A DNA stretch of 64,000 nt from IMG/VR virus record IMGVR_UViG_3300046786_000502, positions 52,894 to 116,893 of that record; one strand, given 5' to 3'. Under the pieces are notes generated by a model, which saw nothing but the letters and a program-made list of their open reading frames with translations, did no database searches and was not told the origin of the DNA. A program made the position numbers and the translations under genes. This stretch comes from a virus. Of this stretch, positions 11,399 through 21,955 are shown one piece after another. Position 1 is the stretch's first letter. Each line of letters begins with the position of its first letter.

Positions 11399-12187
11399 GT
11401 GTCAGACAAGCCACTAGAGATACGATATATCCCACCTTATCTATATGGTAAGCAGCCTGGGATGTCTGAGCATATCCCTCCTGAACCTGCCGTTAGGCAT
11501 ATCCCAGAGTGGTATCGATCTCTAGCTAGGCACAACAAATCTAATGATGATATAACTCTAGATCCACAGAATCATATTGGCAATGATGGTGCACAGGTAT
11601 CTACAAAGATGTGTATGCCATATTTTGATGCACTAACTGCAGGGTATGTTTATGTTCTAGAAGATGACTTGTATGTTGATTTAGATAAAGATGGTCATCC
11701 AATCCTATCTTGGAAGAATGATATCATGCTTGTAGATACAAGAATTATCTTCGATGTTCCACTAATCGATAACTGCCACCCAATTCATTATGGATGGAGA
11801 CAGAACTGGTATTATGAAACACCACCAGGATACTCAGTTTTAATTACCCACCCAATGAACAGATTTGACCTACCATTCTATACTCTATCTGGAATAGTAG
11901 AGTCAGATATCTGGGGTCTTCCAGTGTTTACAGCGTTTCAACTTAAAAGAAATTTTAGGGGGGTTATCCCAAAGGGCACACCACTCTTCCAGGTAATTCC
12001 ATTCAAGAGGGATAACTGGGAGCTGAAGGTAGACGATAGCCAAGAAGCAATTGATGAGCATTGGTTTAGGGCTGAGAACAGAAGATCTATGCTATACGGA
12101 TACTACAAGAAGACTGCATGGAGAAAAAAGCTATTTGGAATCTTTAATAAGAAAGATGACAAGGGGACAGATCACGATGACGTTTGA
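11399..12187 (+). CDS. DUF6065-like protein, paralog of 10658-11398
   Basis: PEWYR, KMCMPYFDALTAGY, HPMNRFDLPF, IPKGTPLFQVIPFKR; GTG start. Confidence 0.65.
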   Translation: MSDKPLEIRYIPPYLYGKQPGMSEHIPPEPAVRHIPEWYRSLARHNKSNDDITLDPQNHIGNDGAQVSTKMCMPYFDALTAGYVYVLEDDLYVDLDKDGHPILSWKNDIMLVDTRIIFDVPLIDNCHPIHYGWRQNWYYETPPGYSVLITHPMNRFDLPFYTLSGIVESDIWGLPVFTAFQLKRNFRGVIPKGTPLFQVIPFKRDNWELKVDDSQEAIDEHWFRAENRRSMLYGYYKKTAWRKKLFGIFNKKDDKGTDHDDV

Positions 12188-13079
12188 TAAAAAGATCGAA
12201 GACTATAAGATAATATTTGTTGTTACGTCCTATAAGGATAAGAACTTTATAGATTTTCTTAAGCACACATATGATGTAACACACCCACACTGTTATTTTG
12301 AGGTGTATGAATCTAACCCAATTATTCATGATTTGGAAATCAAAAAGCTAGATTTTAATGTGGCATATGATTATAATATCTGGGATTCAATAGAGAGCCC
12401 AGTTTCTAAAAAGACTAAACGCCTAGAATGGGTTGCTAGAGATAACAGGAATGATAATGATGTTGTATGCTTTATAACACCAGACACTATCCTTTCCAAA
12501 GATTGGTATGTCGATGTTATCAAGTTCTTAAAAGAAAATCCAAACTCAGTCATCTCTGGTAACGGTAAGGCAAAGATTGAGCAAAAGGATTATTTTTCAT
12601 ATCAGATTAACTTTGAAGAGTCTAGCCAGTGGGAAAAAAATCAGATTGTGACAAAGCACTTTATGGTTGGTTTTGCTAGAACGTTCAAGCCTATCAAGGG
12701 CCCAGGGTATTTAAAGTACAATGGAGAAGATGAAGCGTGGACACTAGAGCTATTATCAAATAATATAGATATATATGGTGCACCATCATCCTTGTATACA
12801 GACACTAAGAATAGATCTATGGAGACTACTTATAAAACTTGGTCACCTGACCATAATTACAACGTAGTTGTTGATTTGATTAAGGGGAATAACCTTGACA
12901 AGTATAACGTTACAGAACAGGGATTGGAAAAATTCTTGTCTGCTCATAGCTCCATAAATCCAGACGAGCTGTACCCACTACCATATCCTACAAATGATGT
13001 TGACTATGACCCATACAATCTCAAGATGCATGAGGTTGATGCTAGAAGATTTATCGCTGGAGTAAAGGCTATTTACTAA
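12177..13079 (+). CDS. Divergent GT60/Gnt1-like glycosyltransferase
   Basis: IIFVVTSYKD, LSKDW, YNGED...LELLSNNIDIY align with the paralogs below; start moved to ATG 12177. Confidence 0.5.
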   Translation: MTFDKKIEDYKIIFVVTSYKDKNFIDFLKHTYDVTHPHCYFEVYESNPIIHDLEIKKLDFNVAYDYNIWDSIESPVSKKTKRLEWVARDNRNDNDVVCFITPDTILSKDWYVDVIKFLKENPNSVISGNGKAKIEQKDYFSYQINFEESSQWEKNQIVTKHFMVGFARTFKPIKGPGYLKYNGEDEAWTLELLSNNIDIYGAPSSLYTDTKNRSMETTYKTWSPDHNYNVVVDLIKGNNLDKYNVTEQGLEKFLSAHSSINPDELYPLPYPTNDVDYDPYNLKMHEVDARRFIAGVKAIY

Positions 13080-13699
13080 TGACAAATTTAATTCATGTTA
13101 TACCTAATTTTGTAGATGCAGAAGATGCAGAACTTTGGATGAAAGAAGCAGATCATCCATCTGCTAGAGAAGACTATCCAGATTATTATAATGATAGATT
13201 TGGTGGTACAGCCTTACCATATAACGACAACACAAGATATTTAAATAAAAAGTATGGTCGTAAAGCTGCAGAATATGTTAAGCAATTGTATGGATTTAAA
13301 AGTCCAGTACATGTGTATAAGGTATTTATGAATCACACTACAGATGTTGGATATTCTGGTGGTGTACACACTGACTCAGTTGATCCAGAACCATGGATAG
13401 AGTGGTCAGCAGTTCTATATCTAGACGATAAGTTTACTGGGGCAAACCTACATTTTCCAAATCAGGACTATATCCATATACCAAAGCCACTAGAGGCTGT
13501 GATATTTCCATCTTCTGGAACATCGCACGTTCACGGCATATCAGAAATGAAGAGTGGTGAAAGATATTCTATAGTCGTTTGTCTGACAAGTCTTCCATGG
13601 AAAGCTGATCCAGATATGCTGGAATCAGATGATAATATGGATTATGTTGGTGGATCGTGGGACATGGAAAAAGAGGAGAAAAAGCGTGGAATGGCGTAA
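13079..13699 (+). CDS. 2OG-Fe(II) oxygenase (prolyl 4-hydroxylase-like)
   Basis: HTD, SAVLYLDDKFTGANLHFP, HGISEMKSGERY. Confidence 0.88.
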   Translation: MTNLIHVIPNFVDAEDAELWMKEADHPSAREDYPDYYNDRFGGTALPYNDNTRYLNKKYGRKAAEYVKQLYGFKSPVHVYKVFMNHTTDVGYSGGVHTDSVDPEPWIEWSAVLYLDDKFTGANLHFPNQDYIHIPKPLEAVIFPSSGTSHVHGISEMKSGERYSIVVCLTSLPWKADPDMLESDDNMDYVGGSWDMEKEEKKRGMA

Positions 13700-14348
13700 A
13701 GACTATTACAAGCCAAGAATTATCAAGAATGTTCTGACAGAAGAAGAGATTGATGAGCTAACTGCTGCTGTCCATTTTGCCAGAAACAATCAGGGATACT
13801 CTCCTGTTGTATTTAAGTGGTGGGGCAGACTATCTCATGATGTAACCGTTCCAGAAAGTGTTAAGAAAAAGTTTGACAGCATAGTCAAACAGATTGATCC
13901 AAGCTTTAATCAGGTAGATCAGAATTCATTTATATACTCTGGAATATATGGAAAGAAGACCCATCTACCGCCACACCAAGATGCTGGTGGAAAATTGGAA
14001 ATAACCCTTGACTATCAACTAGATGCAAATGTTAGTTGGCCAGTAGTTGTAGAGGGCGAAGAGTTTGTACTTGAAAACAATGATCTGTTAATTTTTGGTG
14101 GGGCATCATATGTGCACTGGAGAACAGAGAAATTTTTAACAGAAGATGAGCACGTTGACATGTTTAGTGTTAGCTATGCACGTCCAGAGTATGCTCAAGA
14201 ATTTAACAGTAACCGTGAAACCTACATGGCAGATGTTGACAAGAGAATGCTAGAGGCACACAGAATATATAATCCATCTTTTGATACAAGATCTTGCATA
14301 AGTAATGACCAGATAGACCACTCAAGATGCAGTCACGAAGAATTATAA
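13686..14348 (+). CDS. 2OG-Fe(II) oxygenase-like protein
   Basis: LPPHQD, LDYQLDANVSWP, HWR; probable GTG start at 13686. Confidence 0.75.
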   Translation: MEWRKDYYKPRIIKNVLTEEEIDELTAAVHFARNNQGYSPVVFKWWGRLSHDVTVPESVKKKFDSIVKQIDPSFNQVDQNSFIYSGIYGKKTHLPPHQDAGGKLEITLDYQLDANVSWPVVVEGEEFVLENNDLLIFGGASYVHWRTEKFLTEDEHVDMFSVSYARPEYAQEFNSNRETYMADVDKRMLEAHRIYNPSFDTRSCISNDQIDHSRCSHEEL

Positions 14349-14418
14349 ATAATATAAAGTTCTTTTTTTGGAAAATCAAGAATAGAAAAAAGCTTAAGAA
14401 GAAGGACTTTATTTATTA

Positions 14419-15228
14419 ATGGGCTTGTTGTTTGACTTTGGGGAAGGCTCAAAAGGCAGTGGAATGAAGTTCTCAAGGGGACTGCAGTACAGTGGATATA
14501 GCCAAGACTTTGGTCTCAGGGATTCCAGACTGAACCGTATTGAACAGCTAAATAGTTTAGGTTTCAGATGCGATGAGTTTACTAAAACCCACAATGGCAG
14601 ACATATATTATTTGCTGGATGCTCTTTTACATGGGGAGATGCATTGCCTAAAGAAGAGTCTTGGCCTTACCTTCTCTTAAAAGACCTAGAGAAAACTGAG
14701 CCAGTAAGTGGATTCTTTAGCGTTGCCTATCCTGGATCAAGCATTGCACATCAGATATCATTAATATTTAAATACATAAATGATTATGGAAACCCAGATG
14801 TAATATTTTTTATGATGCCAAATCTTGGAAGATTCTTTACTATTGTAGAAGATCATAACCAGATTACCTCATCAATTATAAAGCCAAACACCCACAAAGA
14901 ATGTCCACAGTCCTTTGAACTAGTGGCACACATATCTTTTGAGATGTACTCAATGCTAGATCAATATTGTAGGTCAAATAGTATCAAGCTGGTATCATCT
15001 TCTTGGCAACACTCAGAAGATAAAAATATAGTTGGAAACACTGCAGAATTATTTGATGGCAAGTTTGAAACCTTTTTCTCATACAGAGATATGGGCGAGG
15101 GTAAATGGATGTATGAATATATGCAAACAGATAAGGATGCCAAGATTTTAGCTAGTGATAATGCTCATCCTGGTAAAGCTAGACAGGCCTGGTTTGCACA
15201 CATTATGCTGAATAAGTATTTAAATTAA
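14419..15228 (+). CDS. SGNH/GDSL-like hydrolase or acyltransferase
   Basis: NSLGFRCDEF, FAGCSFTWG, C-terminal DNAHPG. Confidence 0.7.
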   Translation: MGLLFDFGEGSKGSGMKFSRGLQYSGYSQDFGLRDSRLNRIEQLNSLGFRCDEFTKTHNGRHILFAGCSFTWGDALPKEESWPYLLLKDLEKTEPVSGFFSVAYPGSSIAHQISLIFKYINDYGNPDVIFFMMPNLGRFFTIVEDHNQITSSIIKPNTHKECPQSFELVAHISFEMYSMLDQYCRSNSIKLVSSSWQHSEDKNIVGNTAELFDGKFETFFSYRDMGEGKWMYEYMQTDKDAKILASDNAHPGKARQAWFAHIMLNKYLN

Positions 15229-16134
15229 CTTGCATGTTACTGGATCATATCCAGCAAACTCAATATACTCTTCAATTGAGCGTTCTGTAAGTGCACCATT
15301 AATTGGATCATATATCTTATTAATAAAGATAGACTTAAAATATTCATGGTCCTCTTGCTCTTTTTGACCCCAGGCCTGTTGCCACTTTGGATCCTTGTAC
15401 CTTGAATACTTGATGTACGAGTCTGGATCCGCATGCTTGTAGTCATAGCCAATCAGGTAGCATCCAGCAGAGCCAATAATATTGTAACCACCTGTATACG
15501 CTCTAAGCATCATCATAGGCTGTTCATATTTGAATAGAATGTTGTTGGCCTGTGGTACATCATATAAGAATTGTGTTTTTCCAAATAGATGTCCTGCACA
15601 TACAAATCGCTCTATAGTCTGCACATTTTGTTTTGTAATCTGCTTGCCCATAATTGGTCCACCATAAATCTCAAACCACTCTTCATCTGGCTCAGCTGTC
15701 CATGTAGAGCCTCTAAACTCTCCATCCCAATCCGTAAAGGTTGTTGGGATATATCCACCAATAATGCTTTTGCCAAAATTAGCATTGGCTTCATCTAGCT
15801 CTCTTATGAAGTCAGCGTCCCAGTTGTCTGCAAATTTTGTGTGGGAGTCAACTTGCAAAAAATAATCCTCATCTTGTACCATAGTCATGGCAACTTCACC
15901 ACGTATTTTTGTGAGGGACAGTGGGGCAGTATTAGCATCTATCCAAGTAAGCCTTACCTCTGGACCAAGATTATATATATCATTAATCATCCACCTATCT
16001 TCTTCGTAGCCCTGGAAGACACAGCCAAACACAACCCTATCCTTTTCAGATGCTGTAGCATAAGCTGATTTGATAGTGTTGATTATGAATGGATCTCTCC
16101 AAGCAGATATCTGAACAATTATCTTATTTTCCAT
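15220..16134 (-). CDS. GT60/Gnt1-like (hydroxyproline GlcNAc-transferase-like) glycosyltransferase
   Basis: IIVQISAWRDP, YFLQVDSHTKFADNWD, YEQ..M.LRAYTGGY, C-terminal ERSIEEY..FAG. Confidence 0.8.
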   Translation of the reverse strand: MENKIIVQISAWRDPFIINTIKSAYATASEKDRVVFGCVFQGYEEDRWMINDIYNLGPEVRLTWIDANTAPLSLTKIRGEVAMTMVQDEDYFLQVDSHTKFADNWDADFIRELDEANANFGKSIIGGYIPTTFTDWDGEFRGSTWTAEPDEEWFEIYGGPIMGKQITKQNVQTIERFVCAGHLFGKTQFLYDVPQANNILFKYEQPMMMLRAYTGGYNIIGSAGCYLIGYDYKHADPDSYIKYSRYKDPKWQQAWGQKEQEDHEYFKSIFINKIYDPINGALTERSIEEYIEFAGYDPVTCKLI

Positions 16135-16188
16135 GATTTTCCTTACGTGATATAATTAAGTATACCAGAACGCCTAAAGGGAGGTAGT

Positions 16189-16779
16189 ATGGCAGAGAAA
16201 AATACAGCAGCTCTATTGGTAGAGATTGCTAAGCAAGAACTTGGAACTATCGAAGGTCCAAAAGATAACGAAACCAAATATGGTAAATTTACAAAAGCAA
16301 ACTTTCAAGCTTGGTGTGGAAGTTTTGTTATGTGGTGTGCTGATCAGGCAGGGGTAAAGGTGCCCAATACTGTTTACACACCAGCAGGTGCAGCAGCATT
16401 TGAAAAAGCTGGAACATGGATTAGTGCAAAAAGTGGAGAATCTCCACAGCCAGGAGATATCCTTTATTTCGATTTCCCAGAAGATGGGGTCAATAGGATT
16501 TCTCATGTTGGTATTTGTATTAAGGCTGGTAAAGACGGAGTGTGCACAGCCATTGAGGGAAACACATCAGGAACTGCAAAGGGTGACCAAAGAAATGGTG
16601 GCATGGTTGCAGAAAAGGTACGTGGGTATGCAAAAAATAAAAAGGGTATCCAGGTGTCTATTGTTGGCTGGGGTAGACCAAAGTTTACATCTTCATCTAA
16701 ATCAACAACAACTGAAAATACAACAGTGTTAGATACAGACTCTGTAGAAGAAATTTGTTGCGAATATCCATTAACATAA
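16189..16779 (+). CDS. CHAP-domain peptidoglycan amidase
   Basis: AWCGSFVMW, QPGDI, SHVGI, IEGNTS. Confidence 0.88.
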   Translation: MAEKNTAALLVEIAKQELGTIEGPKDNETKYGKFTKANFQAWCGSFVMWCADQAGVKVPNTVYTPAGAAAFEKAGTWISAKSGESPQPGDILYFDFPEDGVNRISHVGICIKAGKDGVCTAIEGNTSGTAKGDQRNGGMVAEKVRGYAKNKKGIQVSIVGWGRPKFTSSSKSTTTENTTVLDTDSVEEICCEYPLT

Positions 16780-16813
16780 TGTGTTAAAATAGATTGTACA
16801 GAAGGAGGGCCAA

Positions 16814-17572
16814 ATGGCCAACTATCAATATCCGATTGACGGAGGAAAGAACAAGGGCTGGAAAGTCAGCAGCCTAATGGGATGGAGAATCCACCCAGTT
16901 CAGAAAACTAAAAAGCACCACAACGGTACTGACATCTTTGGACTAGGCAAAGGTCCATGGTATGTAGAAGCATTTGCTGATGGAAAAGTTCTAAAGGCAC
17001 AAAAGTCAACTGCTCCTGGCGGTGGCTTTGGTAACTATGTAGTTCTTTTGCACAAGATTGACGGTGTTGCATATACCTCGTTATACGCACACATGGTAGA
17101 AGGATCTTTGCAGGTTAAGGTTGGGCAGACAGTAACAGCTGGAACAGTTCTTGGTAAGATGGGAACTACTGGTATGTCAACTGGTGTTCACCTACACTGG
17201 GAGATCTGGAAGGGTAAGGAACACGGCTGGTCTGCAGACGGTAAGGGATTCGTAGAACCAATTCGCTTTGTAGAAGCACTCATGGCAGCAGAAAAGGTAA
17301 AGGCAACTGCTGATGAGGTAACACCTGCTGACGCACCTGCACAGCCTCTACCAGCACACTCAGCTATGCCAGAGGAGAAGCCAAAGGCTGCTCCAAAGCC
17401 TGCTGCAAAACCTACTGCAACGGCACCAGCAAAGGTACATACTGTTAAATCAGGAGATACCCTTGCAGCAATTGCAGCTAAGAACAAAACAACAATTGAT
17501 AAGTTAGTTAAGCTTAATGGAATTAAGAATGCTAATAAAATTGCTGTTGGTCAAAAAATTAAGCTTGGCTAG
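16814..17572 (+). CDS. M23 peptidase with C-terminal LysM (endolysin-like)
   Basis: HNGTD, YAHM, STGVHLHWE; HTVKSGDTL...GQKIKL LysM. Confidence 0.92.
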   Translation: MANYQYPIDGGKNKGWKVSSLMGWRIHPVQKTKKHHNGTDIFGLGKGPWYVEAFADGKVLKAQKSTAPGGGFGNYVVLLHKIDGVAYTSLYAHMVEGSLQVKVGQTVTAGTVLGKMGTTGMSTGVHLHWEIWKGKEHGWSADGKGFVEPIRFVEALMAAEKVKATADEVTPADAPAQPLPAHSAMPEEKPKAAPKPAAKPTATAPAKVHTVKSGDTLAAIAAKNKTTIDKLVKLNGIKNANKIAVGQKIKLG

Positions 17573-17646
17573 TTGACAAGCATTCCCATTGGGTGGTATA
17601 CTTAATATAGTATGCCACCCTTTGTGGCTTTAATCTAGGAGGATAT

Positions 17647-17847
17647 ATGGAATCCAGGAAAAGAAGTCTTATTAAGACTATTAGCTGGCAACTTTTGCAC
17701 ATGTCTATGGTTGCTGGAACAATTTTGATCCTAACTGGCGAATGGGAAATTGCAGGCATTGCAGCCATCGCTGAACTATTTTGGGAGTCAGTACTTTATT
17801 TTGCACATGAACGTGTATGGGCTAAGTGGGGAAAGAAAGTCAAGTAA
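17647..17847 (+). CDS. DUF2061-like small membrane protein
   Basis: RSLIKTISWQ ... YFAHERVW. Confidence 0.8.
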   Translation: MESRKRSLIKTISWQLLHMSMVAGTILILTGEWEIAGIAAIAELFWESVLYFAHERVWAKWGKKVK

Positions 17848-18023
17848 TGCCAGTATATGAATATGCATGTACATCATGTGATAATACTTTTCAAGAAACC
17901 AGAAGCATTCATGACCCATCTCCAGATCACATCTGCGAGAAGTGTGGCTATAGAATGCGTCAGGTATTAGGTACACCAGCTGTTCATTTCAAGGGCAGCG
18001 GTTTTTATAACACAGACAAATAA
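17847..18023 (+). CDS. FmdB-family zinc-ribbon protein
   Basis: MPVYEYACTSC...CEKCG...FKGSGFYNTD. Confidence 0.88.
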   Translation: MPVYEYACTSCDNTFQETRSIHDPSPDHICEKCGYRMRQVLGTPAVHFKGSGFYNTDK

Positions 18024-18037
18024 TAGGAGAGACTGTT

Positions 18038-18277
18038 ATGGATGCAGTAGCAGAAGTAAAAGAGTGGGTATTGACAGCAAATGATCGCTGTGACTCTTGT
18101 GGGGCTCAGGCCTATGTTCAGGTAACTGGTGTTTCTGGTGACCTACTATTTTGTGCCCACCATTACAATTCCATTATGGATAACGCTGTTGGATATGACA
18201 AGATGATGAAGTTTGCATACTCATTTATTGATGAGCGTGAACGACTACAAGAGAACAGGACAAAGGGAGATGACTAA
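18038..18277 (+). CDS. Small actinobacterial-type zinc-binding protein
   Basis: LTANDRCDSCGAQAYV...LLFCAHH. Confidence 0.75.
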   Translation: MDAVAEVKEWVLTANDRCDSCGAQAYVQVTGVSGDLLFCAHHYNSIMDNAVGYDKMMKFAYSFIDERERLQENRTKGDD

Positions 18278-19277
18278 GAGAGTATTGCTGACTGGCTCAT
18301 CAGGCCTGCTTGGCTCTCATACCCTTAAGAGGATTTTGCAAACAACTGATTGGGATGTTGTGTGCCTATCAACATTTAACCATACTGGCATTCAGGATCG
18401 TGTTATCGAGGCTGCCAATCTAAACACTGACAAATATCGTGCAAGAGTTAAGGTGTTGATTTGTGACCTGTCTTCTCCAATTTCAGATGTCACTAAGTCA
18501 AAAATTGGAAAGATTGACTACGTTATTAACTTTGCTAGTGAAAGTCATGTGACAAGAAGTATAGAAAATCCTACACCATTTATTTTGAACAATGTTCAGC
18601 TCATCTGTAACCTTTTAGATTGGGCAAGAGAAAATCCAGTAGAAAAGTTTTTGCATATTTCTACAGATGAAGTTTTTGGTCCATATCAGAATAGAGTTTT
18701 TACAGAGTGGGATCCTCATCTTCCTAGCAATCCATACAGTGCTTCTAAGGCTGCTCAGGAAAATATTGCATTCTCTTACTGGAGAACCTATGGGGTTCCA
18801 GTAGGCATTGTAAATATTATGAATATCGTTGGTGAATATCAAAACGTAGAAAAGTATACGCCAATGATCATGAAGAAGGTTATGAACGATGAGGTTCTAG
18901 ACGTACATACCTATGACAATGGAAGCAAGATTGGTAGACGAAGCTGGCTTTATGTTGGCAATATGGCATCAGCTGTTTTGCATATTCTTGGACAAAGCTT
19001 TGATTCAGTTAATGAGTCAAATAAACTAAGTAGATGGAACATTGCTGGAGATGGCGACTATTCTAATCTTGAATGGGCAGAAAAAATTGCAGGTATTATT
19101 GGAAAAGATCTAAAATATAGATTAGTAGATACAGCATCTTCTAGACCAGGCTATGATGCTAGTTATGCACTAAATAACCAGAAGCTACTCAATTCTGGAT
19201 GGAAGCCACCATACGATTTAGATGAGGCATTGGTAGATGTCGTTAAGTGGTATATGGAGCATCCAGAATGGTTGTAA
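18270..19277 (+). CDS. dTDP-glucose 4,6-dehydratase-like NAD-dependent dehydratase
   Basis: TGSSGLLGSH, ASESHVTRS, ISTDEVFG, PYSASKA. Confidence 0.88.
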   Translation: MTKRVLLTGSSGLLGSHTLKRILQTTDWDVVCLSTFNHTGIQDRVIEAANLNTDKYRARVKVLICDLSSPISDVTKSKIGKIDYVINFASESHVTRSIENPTPFILNNVQLICNLLDWARENPVEKFLHISTDEVFGPYQNRVFTEWDPHLPSNPYSASKAAQENIAFSYWRTYGVPVGIVNIMNIVGEYQNVEKYTPMIMKKVMNDEVLDVHTYDNGSKIGRRSWLYVGNMASAVLHILGQSFDSVNESNKLSRWNIAGDGDYSNLEWAEKIAGIIGKDLKYRLVDTASSRPGYDASYALNNQKLLNSGWKPPYDLDEALVDVVKWYMEHPEWL

Positions 19278-20464
19278 GAAATAAGTGTCGTGCATGCAAC
19301 AGTCCTAATCTATTTTTAGCGATTGACCTTGGGATTCAACCATTGGCTGGCGGATTCGTCAAAGCAAAAGAGCCATCCTATCTGTATCCGAACAAGATGA
19401 TGATTTGTAGTGATTGTGGTCTAGGCCAGCTATCTGTTGATATTAAGCCAAGTGAATTATATAAGAACTACAACTGGAGAACTTCAACAAGCAAATCTTA
19501 TCTAGATTATATCTATGAGTTTGCAGATAAAAACATTATACCTAGGGTAAATCCAGGGGAATGGGTTCTAGAGATTGCAAGTAATGATGGGTATCTGCTT
19601 AAGTATTTACAGTCAAATGATATTGATGTGCTTGGTGTAGACCCTGCAGAAAATATATCTAGATATGCTATTTGTGATGGGGTACCAGTCATTACAGACT
19701 TTTTTGGAACAGCGGTAGCAGAAGATATCGTTAGACTAAAGGGTAAGCCAAAGTGGATTATTGCTAATAATGTTATGGCACATACTCCAGATATTCAGGA
19801 CTTTATGGCAGGAATAGCATTGCTATGTGACAGAGATACAATTGTTACAGTAGAGAATCCAACCATTATGAATATCATTGATCACGATCACTTCGATGTG
19901 ATATTCCATGAGCATTACTCATATTTGTCTGCTCATGCTGTTGCAAAGCTTGCCAATAAGATGGGGCTATCGTTATTCAATGTTCAGTCAGTTCCACCAC
20001 AGGGTGGATCAAATAGATATTGGATAAAGCAAGGTGGAGAGCCAACAGAAGGTGTTAGAACCGCAATCAGGGAAGAGCTGCAGTATGGTCTTCTAGATAT
20101 AAATAAGTGGTCTGAAACTGAGGACAGGATTCGCAAATCAGCAAATGCATTCAATGGTAAAGTTGAGTCTATTTGGCAATCTGGTGGTGTTGTCTGTGGT
20201 GTTGGGGCATCTGCAAAGTCAACTGTAGTCCTTAATTTTGCTGGCGTACAATCAAAAAGAATTTCAGCAATTGCTGATGACGTAAAAGAAAAACAAGGTC
20301 GCTATGTTCCAGGACCCAATATACCAATTACAAGTATGGATGAAATGCTAAAACTTGATCCAACTGATATAATAGTTTTTGCATGGAACATCAGAGAGGA
20401 TCTTGAGAAAAAGCTCAGAGATCTTGGGTACACAGGCAATGTCTGGGTATGGAATGGAGAATAA
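19268..20464 (+). CDS. NDP-hexose C-methyltransferase family protein
   Basis: CRAC Zn site, CSDCGLGQL, EIASNDG, FHEHYSY, GASAKS, KQGRYVPG. Confidence 0.85.
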   Translation: MVVRNKCRACNSPNLFLAIDLGIQPLAGGFVKAKEPSYLYPNKMMICSDCGLGQLSVDIKPSELYKNYNWRTSTSKSYLDYIYEFADKNIIPRVNPGEWVLEIASNDGYLLKYLQSNDIDVLGVDPAENISRYAICDGVPVITDFFGTAVAEDIVRLKGKPKWIIANNVMAHTPDIQDFMAGIALLCDRDTIVTVENPTIMNIIDHDHFDVIFHEHYSYLSAHAVAKLANKMGLSLFNVQSVPPQGGSNRYWIKQGGEPTEGVRTAIREELQYGLLDINKWSETEDRIRKSANAFNGKVESIWQSGGVVCGVGASAKSTVVLNFAGVQSKRISAIADDVKEKQGRYVPGPNIPITSMDEMLKLDPTDIIVFAWNIREDLEKKLRDLGYTGNVWVWNGE

Positions 20465-20881
20465 ATGTACGAGTATTATGTAAATGAAGTAACCAACGTA
20501 GTAGATGGAGACACCATTGACGTTGTAATTGATCTAGGGTTTGACATCCTATTTAAGAGTCGTGTACGCTTGGCTGGTATCGATACCCCAGAATCACGCA
20601 CTACAGATAAAGCTGAGAAGGCCCTAGGTCTTGAGGCTAAGGAGTACCTTAAGAAGAGCATTAAGTCAGCTAAGAAGGTAGTTATCCGAACTGAGAAGAT
20701 GGATTCATCTGAGAAGTATGGACGTATCCTTGGCTGGGTTTATCTAGATGATAGCTCTGAGTCAATCAACAACAAGATGATTAATGATGGCTATGCTTGG
20801 GGTTACCTTGGGGAAACCAAGATTAAAGATTTTGATGCACTAGCAAAGGCAAGAGCAAAGGCTGCTACAAAAACCAATTAA
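20465..20881 (+). CDS. Thermonuclease (SNase-like)
   Basis: VVDGDTID, RLAGIDTPES, KYGRILG. Confidence 0.9.
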   Translation: MYEYYVNEVTNVVDGDTIDVVIDLGFDILFKSRVRLAGIDTPESRTTDKAEKALGLEAKEYLKKSIKSAKKVVIRTEKMDSSEKYGRILGWVYLDDSSESINNKMINDGYAWGYLGETKIKDFDALAKARAKAATKTN

Positions 20882-20904
20882 ACAAACAGGAGTATAATAC
20901 TGTT

Positions 20905-21357
20905 ATGGAAGTTCTTTTAGGCTCTTTGTTTACTCTCGCTGTCATTATGTTTGCATCTAAACGTTTCAGTGAGAGTACAAAGAATACAAAACTATCTTTG
21001 CGTGTAGATATGACACAGTCAAAGAAATTAGACTTGATGAAAACAACCAATATGTTTGCTGATATGGTTAAATATGTTGAAAAACTGAATAGTGGTCCGC
21101 AAACTCAGAGCCAGAAGCACTTCGACTCTATGCATATTAAGGTTATTATTGCACAAGACGAGGCCTATTGGATCGCAAATAATGTATTCTATGTAGCAGA
21201 CATTGATTCGGAAAGCAGAATGGTATTACAGGAAACTGCAAGAGCAGTTGACACAATGACCATGGATGATGTACAATTGAAAAAGATAGAAGAAATAGTT
21301 GAGCTACTTAGAAAGGGCGAAGATGATAGTCGTAGTACAGGGAACCAAGAGTTTTGA
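20905..21357 (+). CDS. Hypothetical protein with N-terminal TM
   Basis: ORF after TATAAT; hydrophobic N-terminus. Confidence 0.65.
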   Translation: MEVLLGSLFTLAVIMFASKRFSESTKNTKLSLRVDMTQSKKLDLMKTTNMFADMVKYVEKLNSGPQTQSQKHFDSMHIKVIIAQDEAYWIANNVFYVADIDSESRMVLQETARAVDTMTMDDVQLKKIEEIVELLRKGEDDSRSTGNQEF

Positions 21358-21676
21358 TGATTACTCTGTGTTCCTAACAGCTATGCGTTCAGCATTGATA
21401 CAAATCAATCCAGACGATAAAGAATTTACAGTTTTGTCTGCAGGTCCTTTAAAGATAAATGAAATGGTTATGGAGTTTGTCAACGTTTCGGAAAGATCGT
21501 TGAAGTTGAAGGGAATCAAGGCACGTCATGCTAAGATTCATCCAGAATGGGTAATACATAATTATGCTGAAATTGATTTTTACGCATACTTGTGCAAACC
21601 TAAAGAGGAACTTGGCACAATTGTCAAGGATGCTCAAAATAAAGATGTAAACGTACAGGTTTACAGACAATTCTAG
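21323..21676 (+). CDS. SLOG/DUF2493-like protein
   Basis: MIVVVQGTKSFDDY N-terminal motif. Confidence 0.5.
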   Translation: MIVVVQGTKSFDDYSVFLTAMRSALIQINPDDKEFTVLSAGPLKINEMVMEFVNVSERSLKLKGIKARHAKIHPEWVIHNYAEIDFYAYLCKPKEELGTIVKDAQNKDVNVQVYRQF

Positions 21677-21718
21677 ATCTGCAAAGTATGCAGACTATGG
21701 ATATAGAAAGATAATGAA

Positions 21719-21955
21719 ATGAAGAATATCAAGTCATTAGAGCAAATGGAAAAGATTGTGAAGTCAACACGCTCTCTTAGTTGGGATGGTTGGGATGTGC
21801 TCAAGTCATATCCAAATCCAACTGCATGGAGAAAGCCAAATGCACGTTATATCAAGGGCAGATGGTTCACTGTTGACCGCTACCCAGTAACAGAGAATGG
21901 GTGGATCATTCCTGAATCAGCACTAAAGGACAACTATGCAGGTAAAAGAAAATAG
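21719..21955 (+). CDS. Hypothetical protein
   Basis: ORF in operon; LSWDGWDV Trp-rich motif. Confidence 0.65.
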   Translation: MKNIKSLEQMEKIVKSTRSLSWDGWDVLKSYPNPTAWRKPNARYIKGRWFTVDRYPVTENGWIIPESALKDNYAGKRK

